A stretch of 64,000 bases of DNA, from the NCBI RefSeq assembly GCF_022045235.1, contig NW_027266264.1, positions 61,132,001-61,196,000 on the forward strand, given 5' to 3'. The notes beneath the pieces are model-generated. The model made no database searches and was not told the origin of the DNA. It worked only from the letters and a program-made list of their open reading frames with translations. Positions 54,601 to 64,000 of the stretch are shown here, piece by piece; the stretch's first letter is position 1; every line of letters begins with the position of its first letter. Source of the stretch: Haliotis cracherodii (lineage: Eukaryota). The position numbers and the translations under genes were made by a program.

Positions 54601-57600
54601 ATCTTTAAGTTAATAACAAAATAAATGACAAAAGTGGCGAAATCCATACCACAACCTTATGGGCAGTCAAGTTCGAAAAATACTCTGGAACTGGAATTAT
54701 GAAAAGTGTTGCACACTCCCATCTTGCAGAGACCATCATGCCACTGAGTAGACCTGGATCTTGTTCCACAAAGCTGGGATTTGATCCTTTGCGGAACGCC
54801 GTCAAGGAGAGCAATGTCCATGTTAACCAACATGTAACCCCTGATCTCGACCGCGTGTCACAGACTGGTAAACAGAGTGTTGTGGCGAAAAGCTTACGTG
54901 GCTTGAACATAGAAACTCACGAAACGCTCTGCTGGCCAAGTGCTGTTGTAATGGTGGTGTCACGGTTGTAGCCGAGGTATGGGTTGTGTTACAATGTGAT
55001 GGCGTAACCCCCTGTCTGACGTGAAACAGCTGTTTCGTATTCCACCAGACACCGTTTCTCATCTCACCAGATCTACAGAGCATTTCAGCATCACTTGTGT
55101 ACTTCAAAAAGGTTAATTTACAGACCAGACAGACATTCTGTTTCTCGGAAATGGATAGCTAAACATTTCTTTATGCCATATTTTTTGCCAAAACACATAA
55201 TTGTTCAGACCATTCATCATGTCCAATGAACAATAATTTTTTTGAATGTAAAAACTGAGAACCAATTATTTTTTATGCATTTGTCCAAATATTATTAAAA
55301 CGAGTGGGAATCAGCTTGCTTTGCAGAGGTACCACTGTACACTGACAGGGCGTATAGGACCCTGAAGTTATCATTTGATCAACCCAGTCAGTGATGACCC
55401 AAGTATATTTCTAATGCAAGCGTTTCGCAGAAGAGAACCACGTATCATGTCTCACTAAATGTTGGAATTATTGCAAACTATTCTTTTTTTATCATACGTG
55501 ACCGGGGCGGTCGGGTAGCCTAGTGGTTAAAGCGTTCGCTCGTCACGCCGAAGACCCGGGTTCGATTCCCGACACGGGTACAATGTGTGAAGCCCATTTC
55601 TGGTGTACCCCGCCATCATATTGCTGGAATATTGCTAAAAGCGGCGTTAACCATACTCACTCACTCATACGTGACCAGACATCACGCGGTCATCTTTACG
55701 TCTATCTGTACTTCTACCTTCACGTACTGTGTCATTTAGTTTTTATACTGATAACTGAAACTTAAACAGTACATCCTTCGCACTGCCAGGAGACAACTAA
55801 GATTAGAACAGTTAAGACCTTGTCTGTCAGGTACTAAACCAATAGAATGCTTGCCGTAAAAGGCCACTATGCTTGTCGTAAGAGGCGACTAAAGGGATCG
55901 GGTGGTAAGGCTCGCTGACTTGGTTGATGCATGTCATCGTATCCCAATTGCATGGATCGATGCTCATGATGTCAATCACTGGATTGTCTGGCCCAGACGC
56001 GATTATTTACAGACCGCCGTCATATAGCTGGAATATTGCTGAGTGCGGCGTTAAACAACAAACAAACAAACAAACAAACAAACATCCAATCAATGTTGTG
56101 GTGAATCCAGGGAATGCCTACATCATCAGCTGTTAACAGGGTAATAACAAGTAACCCTGGACTTTCATGTATATTATTCACAGCCGTCATATAGTTGACA
56201 TATTGCCTACGATCTTACTCAAAAAGTGGAAAAGGACACCCTAGCCGCTGAGCGAATAGTTACTATTGATTAAATATATTTACATCTTCAGAAATATGAT
56301 GCATCAGATCGGAGAGTTAGTTGTCTTGAAGTTCGTAAGGAAAAAAGTTTTTGTTGGCATACTTTTTCCGTTAACAATATGTTGGGTTGTTATCTTGAAA
56401 GAATGTCTCTATTGTACTGAGACAGTTCGAGGATGCAGTCAAGCATAGTTGTATGTGTTTCCAGTGAGATCGCAGTGTTTATATAGTACTGATAGGTTTC
56501 TTCTTGAGCCACAGAGGAAACAAATATTATTTATTCATGTGAACCCATAGCGTGTGTGTTGCCAAACTATACTGCCAGTTAAGATAGTTGAGAGATCAAC
56601 TCACCATCACGAGGCCAATTATATTTAGGGGAGTTTTGTAGAGTTTGTTCAATAGGCGTCTCAACTACTCTTAAACATATTCTCGGATCAGTCCATTACC
56701 AGAATTCCCGCTGATGTATTCCGGATTTCTTATACATACATTCCGTTGAAATATTCAAAAATGCCAAGGGGAAAGAGAATAACCGGATTGGCTGTAGATT
56801 ACTGACTACAAACACGTTTGTACGTTCTGTTACTAAATTAAGAATCCAGGTCTGTTGATAATAAGGGTACTTGTTTACTTGACTTAAATATGTTGCCATT
56901 AAAGCGCGTACAAACAAGTAGCACTTGTTCTTTCCTTTTACATAATGGAGCTGGGGTCATCAGTAAATGTTGGCTTCACCTGATCAAAGTAAGATTATTA
57001 GTAAATGTTGGTCTGACCTAGTCAAGATAACAACATCAGTAAATGTTGGTCTGACCTATTCAAGATAAGAACATCAGTAAATGTTGGTCTGACCTTGTCA
57101 TGGTAAGATCATCAGTAAATGTTGGTCTGAACTCGTCAAGGGAAGCTCATTAGTAAATGTTGGTCTGACCTCGTCATGGTAAGCTCATCGGTAAATATTG
57201 GTGTGCCCTAGTCAAGGTAAGATTATTAGTAAATGTTGGTCTGACCTAGTCAAGGTAAGATTATTAGTAAATGTTGGTCTGACCTTGTCACGGTAAGCTC
57301 ATTAGTAAATGTTGGTCTGACCTCGTCATGGTAAGCTCATCAGTAAATATTGGTGTGCCCTAGTCAAGGTAAGATTATTAGTAAATGTTGGTCTGACCTC
57401 GTCAAGGTAAGATTATTAGTAAATGTTGGTCTGACCTTGTCAAGGTAAGATTATTAGTAAATGTTGGTCTGACCTTGTCACGGTAAGATTATTAGTAAAT
57501 GTTGGTCTGACCTCGTCAAGGTAAGATTATTAGTAAATGTTGGTCTGACCTCGTCAAGGTAAGATTATTAGTATATTATCTTTTAATGGTATCTCTAGTA

Positions 57601-60053
57601 AAACATTAACTAAGATATTACAATACATCTATCAAAGTCTACGAGTGCGTAGTAAACTACTTAGTAAATCCGATATGTCCAGAAATAATAAGTTGTTTTG
57701 AAACTTTCGCATCTAGATCAGGAGTATCTACATTTCATTTTTGTCTGTTTGTTTCTACTAGAAATGCATATACATTTAAATTGTCAAATTGTCCTGACAT
57801 GATGAGTATATTTCTGATAGATCCTTTTGTATTGAATGTCGCGCTATGGCTGAAAGCCTTTGCGACGTAAAACTTCATATTTCCATTCCATTCCTTTTGT
57901 ATTCCTTATGTATTTTTTACTACTACTGCTGCCACTGTGGTTATTACCAATGTTATTACAATACCTTTATTATATGTCAAGCATCATATTAGTTATCAAA
58001 TAATTATAAAATGCGCTGTACAGCTGTAAATAATATTGTTTATCTGTATGTGTATATGGGCCAATGGCCTTTCATACATTAAAGATTGATTGATAGTAAA
58101 TGTTGGTCTGACCTAGACAGGGTAAGATTATTAGTAAATGTTGGTCTGACCTTGTCACGGTAACCTCATTAGTAAATGTTGGTCTGACCTAGTCAAGGTA
58201 AGATTATTAGTAAATGTTTGTCTGACCTAGTCAAGGTAGGGTCATCAGTAAATGTTGGACTGGCCTGATTATCTTGTTCTCGTCTCTCCAGGTGATGTCG
58301 TACCACGCGGATCGAAAGTCCCGCCAGGAGAAGAAAGTGATAACGAGGCTAAAACGTGATCGATTGAGCACGGGGAATGAAGACATATGGACTGAAGCGT
58401 TCACTATCCCCCCTCTTCCCCCGTCTCATCTCGCAGGCTGCAGCATCATAGATACCAAATATGTATTACAGGTCAGTGTGACAATATGTAGCTGCATGTC
58501 ATGACCTTGCGAACGTCATATGCATGTTAGAGGTGACAAAGGGGAGACGGGGTTTCAGACGGGTGTACAAAATAATTGTGACCCACCATAAAAGGGACCT
58601 TATTGGTGTTTCGATACAACTGGGCTCTTGACGTCAACTTAAGGTGTGCGGTCTGTACAAACATATTATTTCTCTCTCGTTAGTTTGTAATGTAATAAAA
58701 ACATTTTTCAAAACATTTCAGCATACATGTCTACTTTCAATTAATCAGGCTACATCAACTACATCAAATTTAAAAAATGGGGCTTTGCAGAAAATGAGTT
58801 CAAACGTTTGATGCCATGTATCTCTGTAATAAATATGAATTGAAGCTTGTTGTATTTTTGAGTTCCTAAGTTACTGTAGTTTTAAAGTATGATGAGAAGT
58901 CAAAGTTTTATTTTTCAACCATAAGGTCCGTTATCTCATGGTTGGTCACATTTTTGCTTTCTGTTATAGCACACCTGTGAGGGGGCACGGGTCGTCTAAG
59001 GCGCCGCAATTCGCTGTGCAAAACTGCGTCTCTCAGGCAGACCAGAAACCTATTTCTGTGTGCTTGTTTGACACCTGCATCACTTCGGGGTTTCCTACCA
59101 CATTAAGCTGACAGGCCGTGATATAACTGGAATACTGTTCGAAGCGGCGTAAAACCTAACTCATTCACTCACTCATCCGTGAGACGGGGATTCACTGTAC
59201 TACTAGTATATATTTATAGTTTTCTCTTATAGTTCATCTGTGAGACTGATGGATGTAATTGTGACGCGATAGAGTTTGACAAGGAAATCATCATCGGCAC
59301 CATCCCCATGTGTGGGCCCACCCCAGGGACCTTCATGCCCCACCCCCTACCCGTCGAGCCACCACCCTACTACACGCCCTTCTCATCCAAAGACACAGTT
59401 GCAGTAGCAGCAGCGAAAGCAAAGAAAACCAAACTCATTCAGCAATGTAAGTCTAGCAGCCTTCTTTCCAGTGTCTGGGATTTCGTGCGTCGTTGCGATG
59501 GAGTTCATGTTTGTCATGGCGGTGTATATGTACGTGAAAGAAGATAAATATAGCCTGCACGAATGTAATAAATCGACCTTGGTAAACGTTATGATCAATA
59601 TGAGTGATGAAGTACTTGTATTTGACTTGCCTTTGTATGTGTTTGTGACGCGTGCCACCTGGTATCATCAGTATTTGGTAGTGATTCAAAAACATGCTCA
59701 TGATGTAGTCGGAATCGTACATTCGACTCTGCTTTAAGCAGAGATGTCATATAAATACGAAAAGGGGTTGTTTTTTATTATTATTATAATCATTATTATT
59801 ATTATTATTTTTATTATTTAAAATCAATTTCATTCTCAATCATATTTTCCTCAGGTGTTCATATTTAGCACCAATACAATCCAAGGTTGTTTTCTTACAC
59901 ACAGCGCCACCTAGCTACGAGGAGTGTGTCTTCGGTCGTGTCAACATTAAAGACAAGGACGACACCGACTACACCCAGGGCGACCTCGTCTTCACCCCTA
60001 TGTATGCATATTACGACATGGCCGACCAAACAAGGGACGATACTGATGATTAG
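27552..60053 (+). CDS. ARRDC: Alpha-arrestin / arrestin domain-containing protein (ARRDC/TXNIP family), 7 coding exons, 405 aa
   Basis: Manually spliced join(27552..27669,43770..43919,50291..50514,51461..51643,58292..58471,59233..59446,59905..60053) = 1218 nt, open from ATG to TAG. All introns are GT-AG with matching phases (1,1,0,0,0,1). Arrestin_N motifs: VYFAGEVLRGQI, HTFPFDLLLPATLPSSFEGSYGYIRYWVKGTIDKPWKFD. Arrestin_C motifs: VPGE..VENHT, IPPLPPS, IIIGTIP. C-terminal PPPY and PPSY. Symbol is family-level; orthology not resolved. Confidence 0.93.
29424..29617 (+). mobile_element. SINE family A with extended (ACTC)n tail
   Basis: TSD TCCTGCAGAATC at 29412-29423 and 29618-29629. Confidence 0.93.
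30855..31206 (+). mobile_element. SINE family B, full length, inserted in the 33-bp array
   Basis: Highly similar to 13047-13401; imperfect TSD TCTT(G/T)TGACA(C/T)CA. Confidence 0.92.
33440..33590 (-). mobile_element. Degenerate SINE family A
   Basis: TTTTAGCAATATT..GGGCTTCACGCATTGTAC..GACGAGCGAGCG..CACTAGG matches the reverse complement of family A. Confidence 0.65.
33710..33861. mobile_element. Head-to-head palindrome resembling a Penelope-like element terminal repeat
   Basis: Arms 33710-33777 and 33795-33861 are near-perfect reverse complements; contains CTGATGA..GAAAC and AATAAA. Confidence 0.8.
33778..33817 (+). ncRNA. Minimal type I hammerhead ribozyme motif
   Basis: Stem I CAC/GTG; core CTGATGA(A); stem II GGAGTA/TACTCC with loop AGCATA; GAAA; palindromic ACGT stem III; predicted cleavage after GUU (33814). 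Confidence 0.68.
34995..35121 (-). mobile_element. SINE family A, 5'-truncated
   Basis: GAGTGAGTGAGT..AACGCCGCTTTTAGCAA..CCCATGTCGGGAATCGAA..CGGCGTGACG. Confidence 0.85.
35332..35622 (+). mobile_element. SINE family C (tRNA-Leu-like head with long A-B box spacer)
   Basis: TGGCCCAGTCGTCTA(T/A)GGCGCC .. GTGGGTTCGAATCCC; 3' CGCCG..GCGGCG stem and (ACTC)n tail. Confidence 0.88.
35638..35942 (+). mobile_element. Degenerate SINE family B directly after SINE C
   Basis: GGTTCGATCCCCGGCCACGTCATACCAAAAGACG..CGCGACGTTAAACCCCATTTCA. Confidence 0.82.
37700..37965 (-). mobile_element. 3' end of an RLE-type (R4/Dong-like) non-LTR retrotransposon
   Basis: Minus-strand peptide ALGLVPPNL...MRKAAVLGSLHILRSAS* resembles the GALG....QKA.LLG...ILR C-terminus of R4-clade ORFs. 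Confidence 0.6.
38735..38848 (+). mobile_element. SINE family A lacking its 3' tail
   Basis: Near-perfect family A head and body, ending at TGTCCCCCGCCGT. Confidence 0.88.
39035..39331 (+). mobile_element. SINE family C, full length with TSD
   Basis: TSD TCTCACGTAC at 39025-39034 and 39332-39341. Confidence 0.92.
39786..39840. repeat. (ACCCCC)n hexamer microsatellite
   Basis: About 8 imperfect units; produces the spurious PTPTPT and PPPP ORFs. Confidence 0.85.
40157..40317 (+). mobile_element. SINE family A nested in an older minus-strand family D copy (~39990-40370)
   Basis: TSD CTCTAACGAC(A/C)AGC; flanks align to the reverse complement of family D (GTCGCCTCTAACGACAAGC..CCCACGGG). Confidence 0.88.
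42130..43524 (+). pseudogene. 5'-truncated, decayed LINE (post-RT region and 3' UTR), interrupted by a palindromic element
   Basis: FDTQIQPILLYGSEVWG near 42302-42352; EKVHLSACKKFL; RCVKYWFKIL..W..HIRNLL..GFGFIW; stops and frameshifts; 3' end GGCCGGAGGCC..AATAAA(CTTTGA)n. Confidence 0.82.
43000..43279. mobile_element. Palindromic element with ~95-bp arms and tRNA-like core
   Basis: Arms 43032-43127 and ~43185-43279 are reverse complements; B box GGGTTCGAATCCC; one-sided ~30-bp tail 43000-43031; sister copy at ~1697-1931. Confidence 0.85.
43770..43919 (+). CDS. ARRDC: ARRDC coding exon 2 (ELRLTCLGRAYVHWSE...YSAEEGYFKHRFRLWGK)
   Basis: Acceptor TTTGTGCAG, donor G|GTGAGA; 150 nt, phase 1-1; G.A.V.W.E and Y.A.E.YF arrestin_N motifs. 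Confidence 0.92.
43963..44300 (+). mobile_element. SINE family B (5'-truncated), spanning an assembly gap
   Basis: ATACCAAAAGACG..GTACTTGTTGTTACCCTGTCTGGCGCTCGGCAT..TTCACCTCACC tail. Confidence 0.82.
45266..45487 (-). mobile_element. Degenerate SINE family B
   Basis: GGTGAGGTGAGG tail; ACACAGTATACTGACTCCGAGCCGACC; GGTAACAACAAGTACCAT. Confidence 0.78.
45930..46560 (+). pseudogene. Decayed Tc1 (DDE) transposase
   Basis: Frameshifted fragments HGAGSIMVWVGI (~46094), GNMTGQRYVD, FRDDSVHPHRARV, WPAN..DMAPIEHLWDVLG and SMPRRCRAC match canonical Tc1 motifs MVWG, QDNAxxH, WPxxSPDLNPIExLW and SMPRR. Confidence 0.85.
47829..47945 (-). mobile_element. SINE family C, partial (3' region)
   Basis: GAGTGAGTTGGGTTTAACGCCGCTTTTAACAGTATTCC..AATGTGGGAGGAAAGCCCGAA. 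Confidence 0.78.
48709..48890 (+). mobile_element. SINE family A
   Basis: Full family A body and (ACTC)n tail. Confidence 0.9.
50291..50514 (+). CDS. ARRDC: ARRDC coding exon 3 (...HTFPFDLLLPATLPSSFEGSYGYIRYWVKGTIDKPWKFD...DLNKEARAA)
   Basis: Most conserved arrestin_N block, within ORF 50236..50559; acceptor CCTTCCAG, donor GCG|GTGAGA. Confidence 0.95.
50549..50863 (-). mobile_element. SINE family B, antisense in ARRDC intron 3
   Basis: GTTTAACGTCGCGTTCAAGATTATT..ATAGTGCTAGC..CCCCTTAATGCCGAGC..AACAACAAGTACCAT..GGTATGACGCGG. Confidence 0.85.
51461..51643 (+). CDS. ARRDC: ARRDC coding exon 4 (DPIRCEGEVNAGCWLCKCGG...VPGEVLLLYTEVENHTRWSNCSAEIRLKL)
   Basis: Acceptor TTCTTCGCCAG, donor CTG|GTAGGT; 183 nt, phase 0-0; start of arrestin_C. 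Confidence 0.9.
51606..51918 (+). repeat. 41-bp tandem repeat made from the exon 4 end and its splice donor (~7.5 units)
   Basis: Unit GGTGGTCCAACTGCTCAGCGGAGATCAGGCTCAAACTGGTA; starts at 51606, 51647, 51688, 51729, 51770, 51811, 51852 and 51893 (partial). Confidence 0.95.
52592..52698 (+). mobile_element. SINE family C, 3' fragment
   Basis: GAGACCTGCATCACTTCGGACTTTCCTCCCACATTAAGCTGACACGCCGTG..ACTCACTC. Confidence 0.82.
53262..54385. repeat. ~34-bp minisatellite with a variable internal (AT)n
   Basis: Unit ATCGCTGTGGCTAAATGCTACTGACGATATATAT. Confidence 0.95.
55504..55664 (+). mobile_element. SINE family A with TSD
   Basis: TSD TCATACGTGACC at 55492-55503 and 55665-55676. Confidence 0.93.
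55846..56084 (+). mobile_element. Family D repeat with (CAAA)n tail
   Basis: ATGCTTGCCGTAAAAGG..GCGGCGTTAAACAACAAACAAAC. Confidence 0.88.
56958..58265. repeat. 38-bp minisatellite, split by a ~520-bp insertion (~57574-58095)
   Basis: Unit AGTAAATGTTGGTCTGACCTAGTCAAGGTAAGATTATT; resumes at ~58095 and ends ~25 bp before the exon 5 acceptor. Confidence 0.93.
57574..58095 (+). mobile_element. Probable LINE 3' fragment inserted in the 38-bp array
   Basis: Ends TATATGGGCCAATGGCC..ATTAAA(GATT)n, the same architecture as the LINE end at 43473-43524 and the minus-strand end near 40982-41025. Confidence 0.55.
58292..58471 (+). CDS. ARRDC: ARRDC coding exon 5 (VMSYHADRKS...FTIPPLPPSHLAGCSIIDTKYVLQ)
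   Basis: Acceptor TCTCTCCAG, donor CAG|GTCAGT; IPPLPPS..L..C.II...Y.L arrestin_C motif. Confidence 0.93.
58577..58950. mobile_element. MITE with TGTGAC...GTCACA termini in ARRDC intron 5
   Basis: TGTGACCCACCATAAAAGGGACCTTAT vs ATAAGGTCCGTTATCTCATGGTTGGTCACA. Confidence 0.65.
58981..59176 (+). mobile_element. SINE family C, internally deleted
   Basis: GGGGGCACGGGTCGTCTAAGGCGCC..CATTAAGCTGACAGGCCGTGATATAACTGGAATA..ACTCACTC. Confidence 0.82.
59233..59446 (+). CDS. ARRDC: ARRDC coding exon 6 (FICETDGCNC...IIIGTIP...PPPYY...KLIQQ)
   Basis: Acceptor TTTCTCTTATAG, donor T|GTAAGT; IIIGTIP marks the end of arrestin_C; first PPxY. Confidence 0.9.
59905..60053 (+). CDS. ARRDC: ARRDC terminal coding exon 7 (SPPSYEECVFG...FTPMYAYYD...*)
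   Basis: Acceptor TTTTCTTACACACAG; phase 1 matches exon 6; PPSYEE and F.P.Y..Y tail; TAG at 60051-60053. Confidence 0.9.
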
Positions 60054-60859
60054 AACGATCATTCGGGGGTAGTCGGGTATATTCGCGATTTTCAAAACGA
60101 GGTTTGGCAAATTCATTAAAACGAGGCTGACATACCATCTGATGTTGGCGGTGTTACCGTACTTGAGTAAAACCAATTTGTCATATGATAGGCTAAAGCT
60201 GACAGGTCGGCGTAATTTCGGTATTTTCAGAAACTTTATGTCACTTCAAGTTATTTTTAACGTGACTTTTTTATGTATATTTAATCAACCTTATCAGGAA
60301 AAAGGTTAAGTGCTGAATTATTTGCGATGAAGATGCGCATGTCAAGTAATGGAATTCGTGACAGAAGCAGAAAAAGGCGACGCTCTCCGTTACAAGACAG
60401 GACCCCGTGATTGACAGGACCGTTTGGCGAGCCAAGTCAAGGTTGGGATGAGAATAGGTTTTGTCAGAAGAACAATTCTGTAGAAATATGGCTTTTTATC
60501 GCCATTGAACAATCTCCCAACATCAGAAGCAAAGCTATAGCAGCTGTTGTAGGAAGTAGTTACTTGTAACGGAATCCAGTTAATTCTGTTCTCTCATCCT
60601 TATTTTCTGGTAAGAGGATCTGCTCATCTCACGGCAACATCTGCCCCTATATTAGGAGGTATTGTCTGTAGATTCCATGTAAATATATCTTACCTCGAAT
60701 TTAATTATGTTTCGAATGTTCTCTATGGTATCTTATGTTTTAACCTAACGGGAGTCACGTACACGTATAAGATAGTGGACATACGAATATGAATTGTTTA
60801 CTGAATGCGGAATTATAGTGTTTACTTTTCAACCTGTAAATACTGGACAGATAGTATAT

Positions 60860-61140
60860 GAGTGAGTGAGTGAGTTGGGTTTAACGCCGCTTTTAACAGT
60901 ATTCCTGTTATATCACGGCGTGTCAGCTTAATGTGGAAGGAAAGCCCGAAGTGATGCAGGTCTCAGACGTTTACCACTTCGGTGAAACCCACGAGCACGG
61001 GTATGGTGCTGACAAACCTAGAAACATAATCGGGGAGAACCGGGATTCGAACCCACAATCATAAGCTTCTGGCGTGCCCAAGGGACGCAACTCTGCACAG
61101 CGAATCGCGGCGCCTTAGACGACTGGGCAACTCGTGACCC
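60860..61140 (-). mobile_element. SINE family C, full length, antisense and downstream of the ARRDC stop
   Basis: TSD CAGATAGTATAT at 60848-60859 and 61141-61152. Confidence 0.93.
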
Positions 61141-62940
61141 CAGATAGTATATAGAGCATATGTTAGTTCATATGTTAAGTTCACCAAACCGTGTATGATT
61201 TTCTAAATTAACCGTCATATGACCAGTGATAAAATGATACAACATTCATATTGTACAGTTATATTTTGAACAATCGTATTTTGTACTGGTAAAATGTAAC
61301 AATACAAGCATGTTACACATGTAGACTCATGCGTGTAGAGTTATACCGTGTAGACTCCTTAAAGACACGTCGCCTTAAGCCTATCATGTCGAACCGTATT
61401 TTACCTATAAAACAACCCCATCAGTATGTCAACGTATGTGTTATGAACGACTTTCACTTAGTCCAGTGTTCCGTTGTTCGCTGATTGAGTCGACGTCCTT
61501 CTATTGCAAAGATTACAAAGGTGCATAAAAATATTTTTATCTAACGTTTATGTAAGCAAACAAGATGCTATGTATATTTAACCATGCATGGAAAATACTC
61601 TTTTCTGAATAATCAATCAGAGGCTTCCAATCATTATAAACACCTCTGATTGAACAGATATTTTGACAACGCATCACAGCGAGAGCTAATATTTACAGAA
61701 AAGAACTTGTCGTTTGCGAAGTAATGATATGTACAATTACAGAGTACGGAATGCATAATTTTAGTAATTACATAACAAAACGTACAACTGTTTGGATAAC
61801 AACTTTTGATTTATTGGATGTAGCGATGTTTCGATGTTGGTTCTTACATTCTTCTTCAACGCCAATCTAACAATTTAGTTACTACAATTTTCCAAGTATT
61901 TGTGGCAATAGATCTCAGAAAGAAATCGACTGAGAGTGTGTATTTCAGGTTTAAGGGACAACAATGACCTTGAAATGCGTCGCCTTCGTATACCCGACTA
62001 TTATATTTCTATATCTGGGATCGACCGGATTAACAAATGTCCAAATGAGAGAATCATATACGGAGCAATATCACCTTGTAATCGCGGGGTTTCCAGATTG
62101 ACGGGGTCCGGCCTTTGGAGATTTCACTGTATACAGGTCTGTCAGTCCTCGATGTGCCTGAGTTCACGTCGCAATAGTTTCTCCATTCGACATCTCTTAT
62201 TGGAGACTCCGTTCACTATTTACCTTCCTGACATGATCCTCGGTCATCAACGTCAACGTCAACAGCAACGGTGTCAGCGACCTACGTCAACTGTCAGAGA
62301 CACATGTGGGAGTAAAACTATTTTATCATCGTACACATCAAGTGCACGTTGGCAGCATTCGTGACCACTCGTGTCATTACGGTAAAAGCCACATCGGTTA
62401 CGGAATAATGCTGTACATACATCGGAACACATCGGCCGTGTCCGGAATGTCAGTATACCATGTACATTTATTATGATATATTTACCCACCATTCCTCTTT
62501 ACCTATTTCCTGTGATGAAGAGTGCAAATGTTTTATCATGTTGGCCTGGTAACGACATCCAAAGCGTCATTTACACATTCTTTCTTTACACGCCTTGCTG
62601 GATAGGATGTCATGGCTGACTATTCTGCTCGGAACAGTTACAAGGAATTATATAATTGTTTACTGTTTGTTGTTCATCAACACAAATCCGTACCTTGCCT
62701 TTTCACGTCTCAGCTTTTCACGAAACAGCTGACATTTCAATGTATTTTAAACCATAACATATTTCAGCGTTTAGACCTTTTTGGTAAGAGTAATGGCTAT
62801 ACATCTATTTCTTTGATAAAAAAAAATTGATGTTTACACATTACCATTATGTTTTATATAATGGCATTGTTTATTCTGCTACACTGACCGTGGCGTTTGC
62901 AACAGCGGATCCGATGTCACAACTTCAACTATCGTGCGTA

Positions 62941-63104
62941 CAGTGAAACCTCGGTAATCCGGACACCGCGTTCCGGGCAAATACTGTAAAGGACCGTCCA
63001 CATTAACAAAATGATCTTCTCAGTGAACTTGCCTCGTCAATTGGATTTTTGTATGGCTTGCATTCATTCGGAAAGGTGACGTCCGGAATAAAGAGGTTTC
63101 ACTG
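62941..63104. mobile_element. pogo/Tigger-type MITE
   Basis: TA|CAGTGAAACCTCGGTAATCCGGAC ... GTCCGGAATAAAGAGGTTTCACTG. Confidence 0.75.
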
Positions 63105-64000
63105 TGTGTGGAAACGTGCATTGTAGCTCTACATCTACGTCGTTGCTATCGTCTACGGTCATAAGCTTATTGTAATCATCCTGTATTCCATAGTGAATAA
63201 TACCTTTAAGAAACACGGTATTAATATAATCATTATGATTGTAAACACTAGTTTATCATCATGAGGCTGTATTTATAGAAATATTCGCATTTAGAAGAAA
63301 ACATTATGTACTTAGCATTCTTAGCTAACAGTGACGTTTATGAAAGGGGTAAACGTCAAGGACAGCGTCAGTTTAGACCCCTCAAACTACGTTTTCGTGC
63401 ACATATATATTATGGCAATATTAATGAGAATGTTCAAAGCGGCTTACACCAAATCTCTCACTCAAATGTAGGATCCATGAGAGACTGCTTCCACTGAAGG
63501 GCTTACAACAGGTAGTGTCCGATAGAACTTGGCCGTTCGACAAAGTGATTTTAGCGCTTCATTAACAAAGACTTTCGAAACATCGTAGGGCAAAGGTCTC
63601 TGTTCGGAACATGGCCCTGGGCGGCATCCACAAAGCCTTCTTCGGACTACGACTGTAAACCAGTGTTAAAGTTTGGGCAATACGATCGACATAGTGCTAA
63701 GATCGCTTTGTGGACGTGGCCCCGGGTAGCAGGATGGACAATATATAGTTTAGCCTTAGTTCCAGCAACTCTGAGGCATTGCTCTACATGTTGGACAGCT
63801 GTCTCCTCTGCCTTCTGATTTTATTTGTAAATAACACAGCAAGTACTCATTGCAATGCAAAGATCACTGAGTTTTATTTATGTTGATTATCAATCTTTCT
63901 GTGTAATTCTATAATCGTATATGGGATATATCATTAATCGTGTCAATATATTATGATGAATATTTTTGAAAATACTTGAAAACAATCTGTATTTTATGAA

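Overview
Repeat-rich metazoan genomic scaffold with four N gaps. The SINE and MITE content suggests a mollusc, probably a gastropod such as abalone; that assignment is inference. One intact gene is supported: a 7-exon, plus-strand alpha-arrestin (ARRDC/TXNIP family), CDS 27552-60053. It has 1218 nt (405 aa), GT-AG introns with consistent phases, and PPPY and PPSY motifs. The rest is mobile DNA and tandem repeats: four SINE-like families (A-D), Tc1/mariner MITEs, a decayed Tc1 transposase, LINE and R4-like fragments, and five minisatellites (53, 29, 33, 34 and 38 bp units). Nearly all other ORFs in the track look spurious. Most notable: (1) two 27-32 bp hairpin insertions with 5-bp target duplications, one with an empty site visible in sister repeats; (2) repeated duplication of exon ends and splice donors in the arrestin gene; (3) head-to-head palindromic elements, one with a minimal hammerhead ribozyme and two with a tRNA-like core, suggesting Penelope-type mobilisation; (4) a 3' stem-loop shared by all four SINE families, with compensatory changes.
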